From assembly GCA_045578045.1 (NCBI GenBank), contig JAZNJM010000081.1, positions 1-63,580 of the forward strand: 63,580 bases of DNA, in the 5' to 3' direction. Made by a program: the position numbers and the translations under genes. Under the pieces are notes generated by a model, which was not told the origin of the DNA, ran no database searches, and worked only from the letters and a program-made list of their open reading frames with translations. This DNA is from Eubacteriales bacterium (GTDB taxonomy: Bacteria > Bacillota > Clostridia > Oscillospirales > CAG-382). Below, piece after piece: positions 28,536-38,432 of the stretch; position 1 is the first letter of the stretch; every line of letters starts with the position of its first letter.

Positions 28536-29658
28536 ACCGATTTCCATATACGTTCATATTCCATTTTGTCTTTCAAAATGTAAATATTGCGCTTTTTATT
28601 CCGAAAAATACAACGAAAAATCAGCAAATGAATATATAAATTCATTAAAAGATTTATTGGAATTTTTTTCAAAGAACGCTGAAAATACCACCGTCCAAAC
28701 AATATATTTTGGCGGTGGTACTCCAACTTCCATAAATTCTCAGCTTTTATGCAGTCTCTTAGAACACATAAAAAAATATTATAACCTTTCGTCAGATTGC
28801 GAAATTACGGTTGAAACGAATCCTAAAACCGTTAATATTGATGATGCTTCATTATTATATCAAAGCGGTTTTAACCGCGTTTCTATGGGAATACAATCAA
28901 GCAACAACAAAAGATTGGAAGATATAGGACGTATTCATAGCTGGGAAGATGCTGTTGAATCATATGAAGTTTTAAAAAAAGCGGGATTTTCTAATATTTC
29001 TGTTGACTTAATATTCGGTTTACCAAATTCAAAAACAGAAGACGTTTCAAAAGACGTTGAAAAAATACTTTCTTTGAAGCCTAATCATATTTCTGCTTAT
29101 GCTTTGAGCTTAGAAGAAGAAACTCCCCTTTTTAATCAAAGGGAAAAATTTATTTTTCCTGATGAGGATATGCAATTTGATATGTATATGAATATATGCA
29201 GTATACTTAATCAAAAAGGATATTCTCATTATGAAATTTCAAATTTTGCTATCGACGGATATTGGTCAAAACACAACAGCGGGTATTGGTCAAGACGTGA
29301 TTATATTGGTTTTGGCTCAGGGGCTCATTCCCTTTGGGAAAACAAACGCTTTTTTTCAATTTCAAATAAAGATATATTCATAGAAAAGATTAAAAACAAA
29401 GATTTTTTATCTGCTTTAGGATATGACCGATTTGATAAGATATCAGCCGAAGAAGAAAAGGAAGAAGAAATTATGCTTTCTTTAAGAACATCAAAGGGAC
29501 TATTTCTTGATTCTCTTCCAGATAGCTTTAAAAAATTTGTTGATAATGGATTTGCAACATATTTAAACGGTATTTTTTCACTGACAGACAAAGGCTTTTT
29601 TGTTTCAAACTCTATTATTTACCACGTATGCAAGGAGCTTTTATATGATAAACAATGA
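28525..29658 (+). CDS. hemW: Radical SAM heme chaperone HemW (HemN-like, oxygen-independent coproporphyrinogen oxidase family)
   Basis: [17 protein letters not shown] (CxxxCxxC). The lepA-hemW pairing is conserved. Start trimmed to the ATG overlapping the lepA stop. Confidence 0.9.
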   Translation: MMTKPISIYVHIPFCLSKCKYCAFYSEKYNEKSANEYINSLKDLLEFFSKNAENTTVQTIYFGGGTPTSINSQLLCSLLEHIKKYYNLSSDCEITVETNPKTVNIDDASLLYQSGFNRVSMGIQSSNNKRLEDIGRIHSWEDAVESYEVLKKAGFSNISVDLIFGLPNSKTEDVSKDVEKILSLKPNHISAYALSLEEETPLFNQREKFIFPDEDMQFDMYMNICSILNQKGYSHYEISNFAIDGYWSKHNSGYWSRRDYIGFGSGAHSLWENKRFFSISNKDIFIEKIKNKDFLSALGYDRFDKISAEEEKEEEIMLSLRTSKGLFLDSLPDSFKKFVDNGFATYLNGIFSLTDKGFFVSNSIIYHVCKELLYDKQ

Positions 29659-29821
29659 TTATACAAAAGATGATATCCCAAGAATCTGTGCTAACTGTCA
29701 ATTCTCAACAGAAATTTCGGGAATGGAATATTTTCTCTGTGAGAAAAAAGGTGTTGTTGAACCGATTGACACTTGCAAAAAATATAAATTTGATATTTTC
29801 AAATACAAACCTCATAAGTAG
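29645..29821 (+). CDS. Small 4-Cys protein of unknown function (58 aa)
   Basis: [10 protein letters not shown]...CANC..x15..C..x11..C. The start overlaps the hemW stop by 14 nt. Confidence 0.5.
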   Translation: MINNDYTKDDIPRICANCQFSTEISGMEYFLCEKKGVVEPIDTCKKYKFDIFKYKPHK

Positions 29822-29855
29822 TTTTTTATTAGAATAAAAAAGAATGTTCAAAAAT

Positions 29856-29906
29856 AAACCGCCCCAAAAAAGTTAGAACACAACCTAACGATTGGGGGCG
29901 GTTTTT
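29856..29906. terminator. Stem-loop between convergent genes, likely a bidirectional terminator
   Basis: ACCGCCCCA...TGGGGGCGGT with a large loop, followed by TTTTT. Confidence 0.6.
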
Positions 29907-29907
29907 A

Positions 29908-32544
29908 CTATGCAATTTTATTACTGTAAAGCTGGAAAGCTCCAAGGAAATATGATTTTATTCTTAGATAGTCTGTTGTGGATAAAACGCCATCATTATC
30001 AACTTCTGCCGCTTCTTTGAATACTTCCTCCAAAGTCAAAGTACCCAAAAGGTTTCCTTTTATTCTCATATAGTCAGTTGAAGTTATTTCTCCGTCTCCG
30101 TCAACTTCGCCTATTATTACAACTGTATACGTTTTATTATAATATTGAATCTGAGAACCTGTTCCAATAAAGCGGACAGCATTTGTTTCAAGAACATCAG
30201 AATCTTCAAAAAGCTCTTTCGCAGCTTCAAGAGTGAGTTTATCCCACATTCCATAGATTTTTCCATCAACAACGCTTATTCCGTTTCCTGCTTTTGGAGT
30301 TAATTCTTTACTTTGAAATAGTGCAATAAACTTGTGGTTACCATATGCCTTAATTTCATAAACTTCATTTTTTGAAACAAGAATATCGTTTTCATACCAT
30401 CCTAAAAACTCATATCCATATGCGGCTTCTGCTTCAAGAACAGCTTTCTCACCATATTTATAAACGTTTCCGCCTTTTACTGTGCCATAGCTTTCATCAG
30501 ATGAAATAACTTTTATATCAAACTCGGATTTTCTTGATATATCATTTGTTTTTTCAACGTTTTCAGCTTGTGTTGAAAGTGTATATTCAACCGCTGAGCC
30601 ATACATAGCTCCGCTTTCAATTTCTTCTGTTGAATATGATGGAATAACACCTGTTATTAACTCACTTTCAGAAGCTGAAACAGAATTAAACTCTACAACT
30701 CTCGTATATCCAACAGACGCATTATACTCTTTTACTGTATAGCTTAATTCCCCTTCTGTATTATTTATAACAACGTTATACGTTTGGTCTATGGGTAAAA
30801 TAACGTATTTAAGACCGTTATCAAGTCCATATGAATAATCATATCCGTCAATTGAAACAGCCTCGCCGTTTACAAATGATGCAACGGAAATTCCGTTTTC
30901 TTTATATACGTTCATATCTGCGTTTCCGTCAAGATAAACTATTCTATATGCGTTTTTATTCAACGTATATTCTGTATTAACGTTTGTATAGTTCGAATCA
31001 AGAGATTTCATCCAAGCAAAGCAAAGCTCCGGATAATGAGCTTCGGCAAGTTTTTCTACATTCATAACAGCGGTGCTGAAATAATTTGGATGACTTGTTA
31101 CAAGAGCAAGCATTAAATCTCCTATAGCAATTCCCGCAGAATTTACAACAGCCTCGTCATAATCTGTTATACCAGCATCATCTATAGCTTTTTTAAGCCA
31201 ATCTGAAACCATTTGAAGAGCGTCTTCTTCCTCGCCCCACGGGTTAAGTCCCGCATTCCAAACGTATGACCACGCCAAAGCTCCCCAATTAGCCTGAGCC
31301 TGAGAAACTAATGATTCCATTAGTATTTTTTGCTGATCACCTGAACATCCAAAAATAACAGAGCATATTTCCCTTATTTCCGCTTCATAATTAGCAACGT
31401 ATTTCTCGCGGTTTACAAGAAATTCATTAGAAAGAATTGTAATATATTTTGACAAAAAAACGTTCTGAGAGTAATCGTTATCTGTATCGTCAACGATATA
31501 CTCAATTTTTTCTCCACCCGGAAGCCAATTTTTCATTCCAAGTTTTTTCATCTGAAAATCATCAACAGTATATCCTGTTATTCCATCAAAATCAAAATAA
31601 AACTCAAGCATTTTAGCTTTCTGTTCTTCATATGATTCAGGGTTTGATTCTGCTGTTGGAGTATAGATATCAACGCCATATCTGCTAAATCCCATTTCAT
31701 AAGGAGCAACAAAAGGAACGGGATCGTTTGGGTTTATTATATTAAAAATATTTTCATATCTTGACGTTCCTTCAAGATCATCAGTAAATGCCCCTGCGGG
31801 TGTTTCAAAAGTATATGAATAAAAGTCATCAAGGTCATATGTAATATCATCATCTAAAACTGCGCCATCATCAATAGCACCGCTTACAAGATTTGCAATA
31901 GCAGCTCCTCTGCTATATCCCGTTATCCAAAGTTTAACCTTACCCGATATATTTTGATTTTTAAAATATCCTCTGAGAAATTCTAAAACAATTTCTTTTC
32001 CTTCTGAAAAGCCTTTATGCTGTCCAACAGTTCCTATGGTGAAATTGCTTGACCATTCTCTTTCGTATCCAGCACCACGCACTGCAATAGCAACTAAAGT
32101 ATATTCTTCATTGTTAACCTTAATTGGCATATTTCCTGCAATAACTCCCACAGAATCTTGAGTTGGTTTCACAGTATACCAACTATTAACTTCTATATTT
32201 TCAGAAGGAACACCAATTTTTTCAAGCAATTCTTTTGCATTAGAGCTTTTTTCAGAATAATCTCCCTCTTCTCCATCGCTGCTTCCAAAAGCGGAAAACG
32301 CAAGGCTTAAAGACATTGTTGAAAGGGATTGATTATAAACGTATGAACTTTCTGAAAAATAATCGTTGGTATAATAGCAAGTAGTTATTGAATCTGCCGC
32401 AGAATAGTATGAAAAATCAATCTTTTGCAATAAATTCTCGTTTATTGCATCTCCTGATAAAATATCGTCTGCAAATATTGTAACAACGTTGCAAATTAAA
32501 AGCGTTAAGGCAATAACAACAGAAAAAACTTTTTTTATCATCAT
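29908..32544 (-). CDS. Secreted alpha/beta-hydrolase (lipase class-3-like) with a Listeria-Bacteroides repeat and a C-terminal dockerin
   Basis: Signal peptide. Nucleophile elbow ITGYSRGAA. YGYEFLGWYEND repeat domain. Two dockerin EF-hand-like segments, VDGDGEITSTDYMRIK and VDNDGVLSTTDYLRIK. Confidence 0.8.
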   Translation of the reverse strand: MMIKKVFSVVIALTLLICNVVTIFADDILSGDAINENLLQKIDFSYYSAADSITTCYYTNDYFSESSYVYNQSLSTMSLSLAFSAFGSSDGEEGDYSEKSSNAKELLEKIGVPSENIEVNSWYTVKPTQDSVGVIAGNMPIKVNNEEYTLVAIAVRGAGYEREWSSNFTIGTVGQHKGFSEGKEIVLEFLRGYFKNQNISGKVKLWITGYSRGAAIANLVSGAIDDGAVLDDDITYDLDDFYSYTFETPAGAFTDDLEGTSRYENIFNIINPNDPVPFVAPYEMGFSRYGVDIYTPTAESNPESYEEQKAKMLEFYFDFDGITGYTVDDFQMKKLGMKNWLPGGEKIEYIVDDTDNDYSQNVFLSKYITILSNEFLVNREKYVANYEAEIREICSVIFGCSGDQQKILMESLVSQAQANWGALAWSYVWNAGLNPWGEEEDALQMVSDWLKKAIDDAGITDYDEAVVNSAGIAIGDLMLALVTSHPNYFSTAVMNVEKLAEAHYPELCFAWMKSLDSNYTNVNTEYTLNKNAYRIVYLDGNADMNVYKENGISVASFVNGEAVSIDGYDYSYGLDNGLKYVILPIDQTYNVVINNTEGELSYTVKEYNASVGYTRVVEFNSVSASESELITGVIPSYSTEEIESGAMYGSAVEYTLSTQAENVEKTNDISRKSEFDIKVISSDESYGTVKGGNVYKYGEKAVLEAEAAYGYEFLGWYENDILVSKNEVYEIKAYGNHKFIALFQSKELTPKAGNGISVVDGKIYGMWDKLTLEAAKELFEDSDVLETNAVRFIGTGSQIQYYNKTYTVVIIGEVDGDGEITSTDYMRIKGNLLGTLTLEEVFKEAAEVDNDGVLSTTDYLRIKSYFLGAFQLYSNKIA

Positions 32545-32637
32545 TTGTCTCCTGACTAATTTTTGATTTTTACCTTTTCATTTTACCATATTTTTGATAC
32601 AAAATCAATATAAAAATTTGCATTTGCGTTTTTTTCC

Positions 32638-32666
32638 TTGACAAAAAGAATAACAAGTGGTAAAAT
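32638..32666 (+). promoter_or_regulatory. Sigma-A-type promoter of the glycan locus
   Basis: TTGACA (32638-32643), 17-nt spacer, TGgTAAAAT (hexamer 32661-32666). Confidence 0.65.
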
Positions 32667-32702
32667 ATTTTTGAATCAATATATCAAAAGCAGGAATTAA
32701 CA

Positions 32703-33800
32703 ATGCCCCCAATTAGAATTCTTCAAGTTACCTCTGTTTTAAACTATGGCGGAATTGAAACTATGATTATGAATGTTTTCAGAAATGTAAACAGAGATAA
32801 TATTGTTTTTGATTTTCTTGTTATAAGAGAAGACAAAGGTATTTTTGAAAACGAAATATTAAAGCTCGGCGGACGTATTTACAAAATACCTTCAATGAAA
32901 AAAGTCGGGTATTTTAAGTTTATAGATAATCTTTTGGATTTTTTTAAAAGTCATTCCGAATATAATATTATACACAGCCACGTAAATACCTTTAACGGAC
33001 CTATACTTAATTGTGCAAAAAAATGCGGAATAAAAACAAGAATTTCCCATTCACATACAGCTTATCCAAAATATCCCTTAATTGAAAAAGCAATTAAAGG
33101 ATTTTTTAAAAGTATGATTAAAAATTCTGCAACAGATTTTTTTTCTTGTAGTGAAATTGCTTCCAATTGGCTTTACGGAAAGAACTTTAAAAACAATAAG
33201 GTTATTATAAACGGTATTAAAACGGATGATTTCATTTTTTCTATAGATAAAAGAATAGAATTAAGAAAAAAATTCAATTTAGAAGACAAACTTGTTTTAC
33301 TAAATATTGCTCGTTTCTATAAGGAAAAAAATCATTTTTTTCTATTGAAAATTCTGAAAGAGATTGTTAAAACAAACAAAAACGTTATGCTTGTTTGTAT
33401 TGGAAACGGAGAATTAAGAGAATCTTTCATTAATAGAGTTTCCAAAATGGAGCTTTCAGAAAACGTTATTGTTTTAGATTCCAGAAGAAACGTTAAGGAT
33501 TATTATAATATGGCTGACGTATACGTTTCGCCCTCATTATTTGAAGGGTTTGGGATTTCCGTTTCAGAAGCTCAATTCAATTCTCTTCCTTGTATTATCA
33601 GCAATTCTTTTCCAAAAGAAATTAATTTCTCAAATAATTGCAGATTTATTTCATTAAGAGAATCCCCTAACGTTTGGGCTGAAGCAATTCTTACTGCTCA
33701 AAGAAAAAATTTGATTATGAATAATCAGCTTAATCTGAAAACATATGACGTTTCATACACTGCTGATTATTTAACTCAATTCTATTTAAACAGCTTATAA
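32703..33800 (+). CDS. Glycosyltransferase, GT4 (GT-B fold) family
   Basis: ILQVTSVLNYGGIE at the N-terminus and a C-terminal EGFGISVSEAQ motif (E-x7-E region). Confidence 0.88.
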   Translation: MPPIRILQVTSVLNYGGIETMIMNVFRNVNRDNIVFDFLVIREDKGIFENEILKLGGRIYKIPSMKKVGYFKFIDNLLDFFKSHSEYNIIHSHVNTFNGPILNCAKKCGIKTRISHSHTAYPKYPLIEKAIKGFFKSMIKNSATDFFSCSEIASNWLYGKNFKNNKVIINGIKTDDFIFSIDKRIELRKKFNLEDKLVLLNIARFYKEKNHFFLLKILKEIVKTNKNVMLVCIGNGELRESFINRVSKMELSENVIVLDSRRNVKDYYNMADVYVSPSLFEGFGISVSEAQFNSLPCIISNSFPKEINFSNNCRFISLRESPNVWAEAILTAQRKNLIMNNQLNLKTYDVSYTADYLTQFYLNSL

Positions 33801-33848
33801 CATTAGCTATATATTTTCAAAGATTTATAAATTAAAAGGACATAGAAT

Positions 33849-34952
33849 ATGTTTGTTTACGTCAGTATGATGTTGTGGACTGCTTTATGCGGTTTTCTCA
33901 GCAAAGACACACAAACCGATTATCTTATAGAAGGAAAAATTGAAAAACGTATTCATCCATTTTTTGCAATTCTTATAATGGGATATATTGCAATTTTTAT
34001 GGGAACGTTTTTTGGTCATTTTGACCTTCCAATGTATGAATTTGGGTTCAACGGGTTACCCTCTGAACCATCTGAGATTCCTTCATATATGAAAACGGTA
34101 ACAAAATATCCGGGTTTTCACGGACTTCAAGTATTGTTTAAATGCTATATATCAACAGAATTTCTCCATTTTAATTTGTTTCTTGTTATTTTTGACTGTT
34201 TTGCAGTATTATACTTATTCAGAAAATACTCTTGTAATTTTGCTTTTTCTGTTTTTTTGTTTTTAGCGGCAGGAAAACATACTTGGATGGTAAATGGAGT
34301 TAAACAGTTCCTTGCGAGTTGCATTATTCTTTTGGGATGCAAATTTCTTATGGAAAAGAAATTTTTTAAATTTGCAGCTTTTGTTATTGTTGCCTCTTTT
34401 TTCCATACCTCCGCGTTAATTGTTCTACCCGTTTATTTCTTTGTACACGGAAAGCCTTGGAACAAGAAAATGCTTTTAATTCTTGTAGCTTCATTATTAG
34501 CGGTTGTATTTTTATCTTCCTTTACAAATATACTCGATATTATTCTTGAATCTACAGAATATGATACTTCTGTTTTGAAAGGAAATTCAGGCTCAAATAT
34601 TTTCAGAGTTCCAATAGCCGCAGTTCCAGCTGTTTTAGCATTGCTATCAAGAAATAAAATTGAAAAAATTGCTCCAAAATATATAAACGTATGTATAAAT
34701 ATGTCTCTTATTTCTGCGTGTATTTATTTTATTTCTTCATTTACGTCTGGAATACATTTTGGAAGACTTCCCATTTATTTTGAGTTATACAGCTTTATAT
34801 CTCTCCCTTGGCTTCTTGATAACGCTTTTGACCATAAAACTAATAATTTCGTTAAAACTGCTTGTATTGCTTGTTATCTCTTAATGTATTTTATTTTAGA
34901 CTGGAAAACGCCATATTATAGCAAAGTTCTTGATATTTATATCGCACCTTAA
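33849..34952 (+). CDS. EpsG-like polytopic membrane protein (putative Wzy-type polysaccharide polymerase)
   Basis: About 10 predicted TM helices, EpsG-like composition, and location inside a glycosyltransferase cluster. Confidence 0.7.
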   Translation: MFVYVSMMLWTALCGFLSKDTQTDYLIEGKIEKRIHPFFAILIMGYIAIFMGTFFGHFDLPMYEFGFNGLPSEPSEIPSYMKTVTKYPGFHGLQVLFKCYISTEFLHFNLFLVIFDCFAVLYLFRKYSCNFAFSVFLFLAAGKHTWMVNGVKQFLASCIILLGCKFLMEKKFFKFAAFVIVASFFHTSALIVLPVYFFVHGKPWNKKMLLILVASLLAVVFLSSFTNILDIILESTEYDTSVLKGNSGSNIFRVPIAAVPAVLALLSRNKIEKIAPKYINVCINMSLISACIYFISSFTSGIHFGRLPIYFELYSFISLPWLLDNAFDHKTNNFVKTACIACYLLMYFILDWKTPYYSKVLDIYIAP

Positions 34953-35000
34953 TTATGTTATTATTATATTTCATCTACTAACAACGGTAAGGAAATTTTT

Positions 35001-35984
35001 ATGGATCTTATTAGCATCATAGTTCCTGTTTATAATGTTGAAAAATATATAAATAGGTGCGTTGAATCAATAATTAACCAATCATACACCAATTTAGAAA
35101 TTATTTTAATTAATGACGGCTCAACTGATAATTGTCCTATTATGTGTGATAAATGGGCAATAAAAGATAAACGAGTAAAGGTCATTCATAAAGAAAACGG
35201 CGGTTTATCTGACGCAAGAAATGTTGGATTAAATAATGCAAACGGGAAATTTATAGCATTTGTTGATAGCGATGATTGGGTACATTATGATTATATATCT
35301 TCTTTATATCATACCCTTATTGAATACAGCTCAGATATTTCAGCGTGTGATATATCAATAGCTTATGAAGGTGAAGCTTTTTCTATTTCCGAATTTAATA
35401 ACGATAGCTTTTGCTGTTATCCCGAAGATGCTCTCCGTTCACTAATTCAGGGGAAAGGATTCAGAGCTGTTGTTTGGAATAAACTTTACAAAAAAGAGCT
35501 GTTGATAAACGAATATTTTGAGGTTGGAAAGTATCACGAAGACGAGTTTTTCACCTACAGAATTATTTCCAAGGCTCAAAAGCTATCCTATACAAGAAAA
35601 ACTCTTTATTATTATTTTCAAAGAAGCGGAAGCATAATGAATTCTTTTTCTGTGAAGCATTTGGATTCATTTGAAGCTCAATTTATAAGAATTGGTTTTC
35701 TAAAAAATAAATATCCCTCTCTTTATCTTTTGGACAAAGTTTCTTTTGTAAACGCTTGTATTGGCTTTTACCAATCAGCCTTAGGGTTCCCAAAGGAAGA
35801 AAAAAAAATATATATTTCAAAAATTAAACTATATAGAAAAAAAATAGATTTTGAATTTAAAGAATTAAAATCTATTCCTATTAAAGATTTTTTCTATATA
35901 ACTGGAAGTGCAGTATCTATGCATTTATTTTGCAAACTTTTACTCAGCTTTAAAAAAATAAAAAGGAGATTTAAAAGTGAATAA
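35001..35984 (+). CDS. Glycosyltransferase family 2
   Basis: ISIIVPVYNVEKYI, DGSTD and VDSDD motifs. Confidence 0.9.
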   Translation: MDLISIIVPVYNVEKYINRCVESIINQSYTNLEIILINDGSTDNCPIMCDKWAIKDKRVKVIHKENGGLSDARNVGLNNANGKFIAFVDSDDWVHYDYISSLYHTLIEYSSDISACDISIAYEGEAFSISEFNNDSFCCYPEDALRSLIQGKGFRAVVWNKLYKKELLINEYFEVGKYHEDEFFTYRIISKAQKLSYTRKTLYYYFQRSGSIMNSFSVKHLDSFEAQFIRIGFLKNKYPSLYLLDKVSFVNACIGFYQSALGFPKEEKKIYISKIKLYRKKIDFEFKELKSIPIKDFFYITGSAVSMHLFCKLLLSFKKIKRRFKSE

Positions 35985-36957
35985 GTTTTTCTTAAAAGTT
36001 AAAAATAAAATTAAATCAACTTTTAAAGAGTTTAAAGCAGATTATCGTTTTTCATTTTATTATGCATTACTAAGATTTTTTCAAAACTTTTTTTCAACAA
36101 TCAGAATGTATAAACTATCATCAGTTATAAGAAATAAAAGATACGACTGGATGATTAGTTTTCTGAAAAACAATATCAAAAAAACAATATCTTTTAATAA
36201 AAATAATAACAATTCGGGCGTTCCATCCGAAGAAAAACAACAAATATGGGTATGTTGGTGGACAGGCGAAGATTCAGCCCCTCAATTAGTAAAAAAATGT
36301 ATCAAAAGCATTAAAAATAATTCCCCAAAATATAACGTTAATTTTATTGATAAGGATACATATACAAAATATATTACCATACCCGAATATATGCTAAAAA
36401 AAATAAATGATAATAAGATGTTGATAGCCCATTTATGTGATTATATCAGAGTTTCTCTTCTTGAAAAATATGGAGGAATATGGCTTGATGCAACTATATA
36501 CTGTACGGAGCAATTACCAATAGATTACTTTAATATGCCAGTTTTCACGTGCAAAAGCGTTCCAACAGAATGTGGTTATTTATCGAAGAAACGCTGGGTA
36601 ACGTTTGTTTTAGGAGGATGGAAGCAAAACGTCTTTTATAAATTTTTAAAAGACGCTTTTGAAGAATATTGGGAAAAATATGATTATGCCATAGATTATC
36701 TTTTTTTTGATGCATTAATAGAAATTGCACGTCAAGAAAATTCAACAATCAGAAGTTTGCTTGATGATATTCCAATTAACAACCTTAATAGAGACGATTT
36801 GCAAAAAGCGTTTAATGACAATTTAATATCTTCTGAATTCAATAATATTATAAAAAAAGATACTATATTGTATAAGCTATCGTGGAGAGAACAATATAAA
36901 CTATTAACTGACGATGGAAAAGAAAGTATATATTCCTATTTTCTAAATAATAATTAA
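35977..36957 (+). CDS. Capsular polysaccharide synthesis-type glycosyltransferase (Caps_synth / DXD sugar-transferase-like)
   Basis: QIWVCWWTG and DYIRVSLLEKYGGIWLDAT motifs. Overlaps the upstream GT2 gene by 8 nt. Confidence 0.72.
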   Translation: MNKFFLKVKNKIKSTFKEFKADYRFSFYYALLRFFQNFFSTIRMYKLSSVIRNKRYDWMISFLKNNIKKTISFNKNNNNSGVPSEEKQQIWVCWWTGEDSAPQLVKKCIKSIKNNSPKYNVNFIDKDTYTKYITIPEYMLKKINDNKMLIAHLCDYIRVSLLEKYGGIWLDATIYCTEQLPIDYFNMPVFTCKSVPTECGYLSKKRWVTFVLGGWKQNVFYKFLKDAFEEYWEKYDYAIDYLFFDALIEIARQENSTIRSLLDDIPINNLNRDDLQKAFNDNLISSEFNNIIKKDTILYKLSWREQYKLLTDDGKESIYSYFLNNN

Positions 36958-37007
36958 CCAAAAACACAGCAAGAAAAGCGGTTTGCACTTAACAAACCGC
37001 TTTTTAA

Positions 37008-37673
37008 TTATTTTTTGAAGAATCGTTTTTTTTCGCTCTTCAGGTTTTTATAAAACAAACAAAAATCACAAAATGGACATTCTACACATAAAGGCTTTCT
37101 TGCGGAGCATATTTTTCTTCCAAAAAGAACTATTCTATGACAAAATCCGCTTTGCTCGTCAAGGGGAATTAAAGTTTTCATAACCATTTCGGTTTCCAAA
37201 GGCGAATCTTTTTCTGTAAATCCAAGTCGTCCGCAAATTCTTATACAATGAGTATCTGCAACGATACCGCCCAAATTATATATATCACCTCTTAAAAGGT
37301 TGGCAACCTTTCTTCCAACCCCAGGTAATGTTAATAAATCTTCCATTTCACAAGGAATTTCGCCATTAAATCTATTTAGTATGACCTTTGAGGCTTCTCT
37401 TAAATTTTTAGCTTTTGAATTATAAAGTCCAACAGAATGTATGAGCTTTTCTAACTCCCCCTCTTTGCTTTCAGCAAACGCCTTTACATCGGGCAAAGAT
37501 TTAAATAACTCAATAGAAACCGCGTTAACCCTTTCATCTGTACATTGAGCAGAAAGAACGCCTAAAACGAAAAGTCGAAAAGGATCTCCTTCCCATTTCA
37601 ACGCACACTCTCCCTCAGGAAAAAGCTCTTTTAATTTTTCTAAAACAAAATCTGCTTTTTTATTATTATCCAT
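37008..37673 (-). CDS. nth: Endonuclease III
   Basis: HhH-GPD motif LPGVGRKVANL and a C-terminal C-x6-C-x2-C-x5-C iron-sulfur cluster loop. Confidence 0.93.
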   Translation of the reverse strand: MDNNKKADFVLEKLKELFPEGECALKWEGDPFRLFVLGVLSAQCTDERVNAVSIELFKSLPDVKAFAESKEGELEKLIHSVGLYNSKAKNLREASKVILNRFNGEIPCEMEDLLTLPGVGRKVANLLRGDIYNLGGIVADTHCIRICGRLGFTEKDSPLETEMVMKTLIPLDEQSGFCHRIVLFGRKICSARKPLCVECPFCDFCLFYKNLKSEKKRFFKK

Positions 37674-37678
37674 AAAAA

Positions 37679-38221
37679 CTATTCATCAAATATGTAATTA
37701 ACGTCCCCTGAAAGAAGAGCAAGAACACCTTTATAAATAACCTCAGCTCTTTCCATAAAGTTTTCTTTCATATCGTCTGCATATTTATCATCAGTTAAAT
37801 ATACGTTTAAGTCAAGAAGAGTTTTGTTTTTATCAGTTATTGAACATTTAACCATATATCCCTCACCCTCAGGGACAATTTCAGAATCTATTCTATTTCC
37901 GTTTTTGTAAAATGCAAGAAGTCTATGGGCAGAACGCAACGCCTTTTCTTTAACAGAATCATATAGATTAAATTCTACGCTGCTGACAGATTGAGCACCA
38001 AGCTCTGAAATTCTGTAAAGCATTTTGCCATCCGTTCTCTCTTCGATTATTTGCCCAAGGTCTAAAAGCTCACAAAAACAGATAGGAAAATCTCTTCCTG
38101 AAACAAAACCGTCTTGCATTACCATATCATTTATTATCTTATATTCAAGAGGTTCACGAATGTTTTTTAAGAGATATAATATAAAAACTTTTATCTGAAA
38201 TCTGTCTTTCATCTCTGCCAT
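37679..38221 (-). CDS. DUF4364-family protein
   Basis: The N-terminus IKVFILYLLKNIREPL is typical of the clostridial DUF4364 family. The function is unknown. Confidence 0.65.
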   Translation of the reverse strand: MAEMKDRFQIKVFILYLLKNIREPLEYKIINDMVMQDGFVSGRDFPICFCELLDLGQIIEERTDGKMLYRISELGAQSVSSVEFNLYDSVKEKALRSAHRLLAFYKNGNRIDSEIVPEGEGYMVKCSITDKNKTLLDLNVYLTDDKYADDMKENFMERAEVIYKGVLALLSGDVNYIFDE

Positions 38222-38368
38222 ACAAAACTTCCAACGATGATTTTCATATCATTCGACCTTTCCCATATTATTTTTGGGATAATTTGACAAAAAAAGCCTT
38301 ATTTCTACATATCCTACTATATTATACACATATTTCTGAATTATGCAATAGAAAAAAGAAAAAATCTA

Positions 38369-38397
38369 TTGAAAAAATAACACAAATGTTATATAAT
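38369..38397 (+). promoter_or_regulatory. Sigma-A-type promoter of the rnfC/D-like pair
   Basis: TTGAAA (38369-38374), 17-nt spacer, TATAAT (38392-38397). Confidence 0.65.
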
Positions 38398-38432
38398 AAT
38401 TTTGTATCAATTATTTGAAAGGTGAAACTCAA

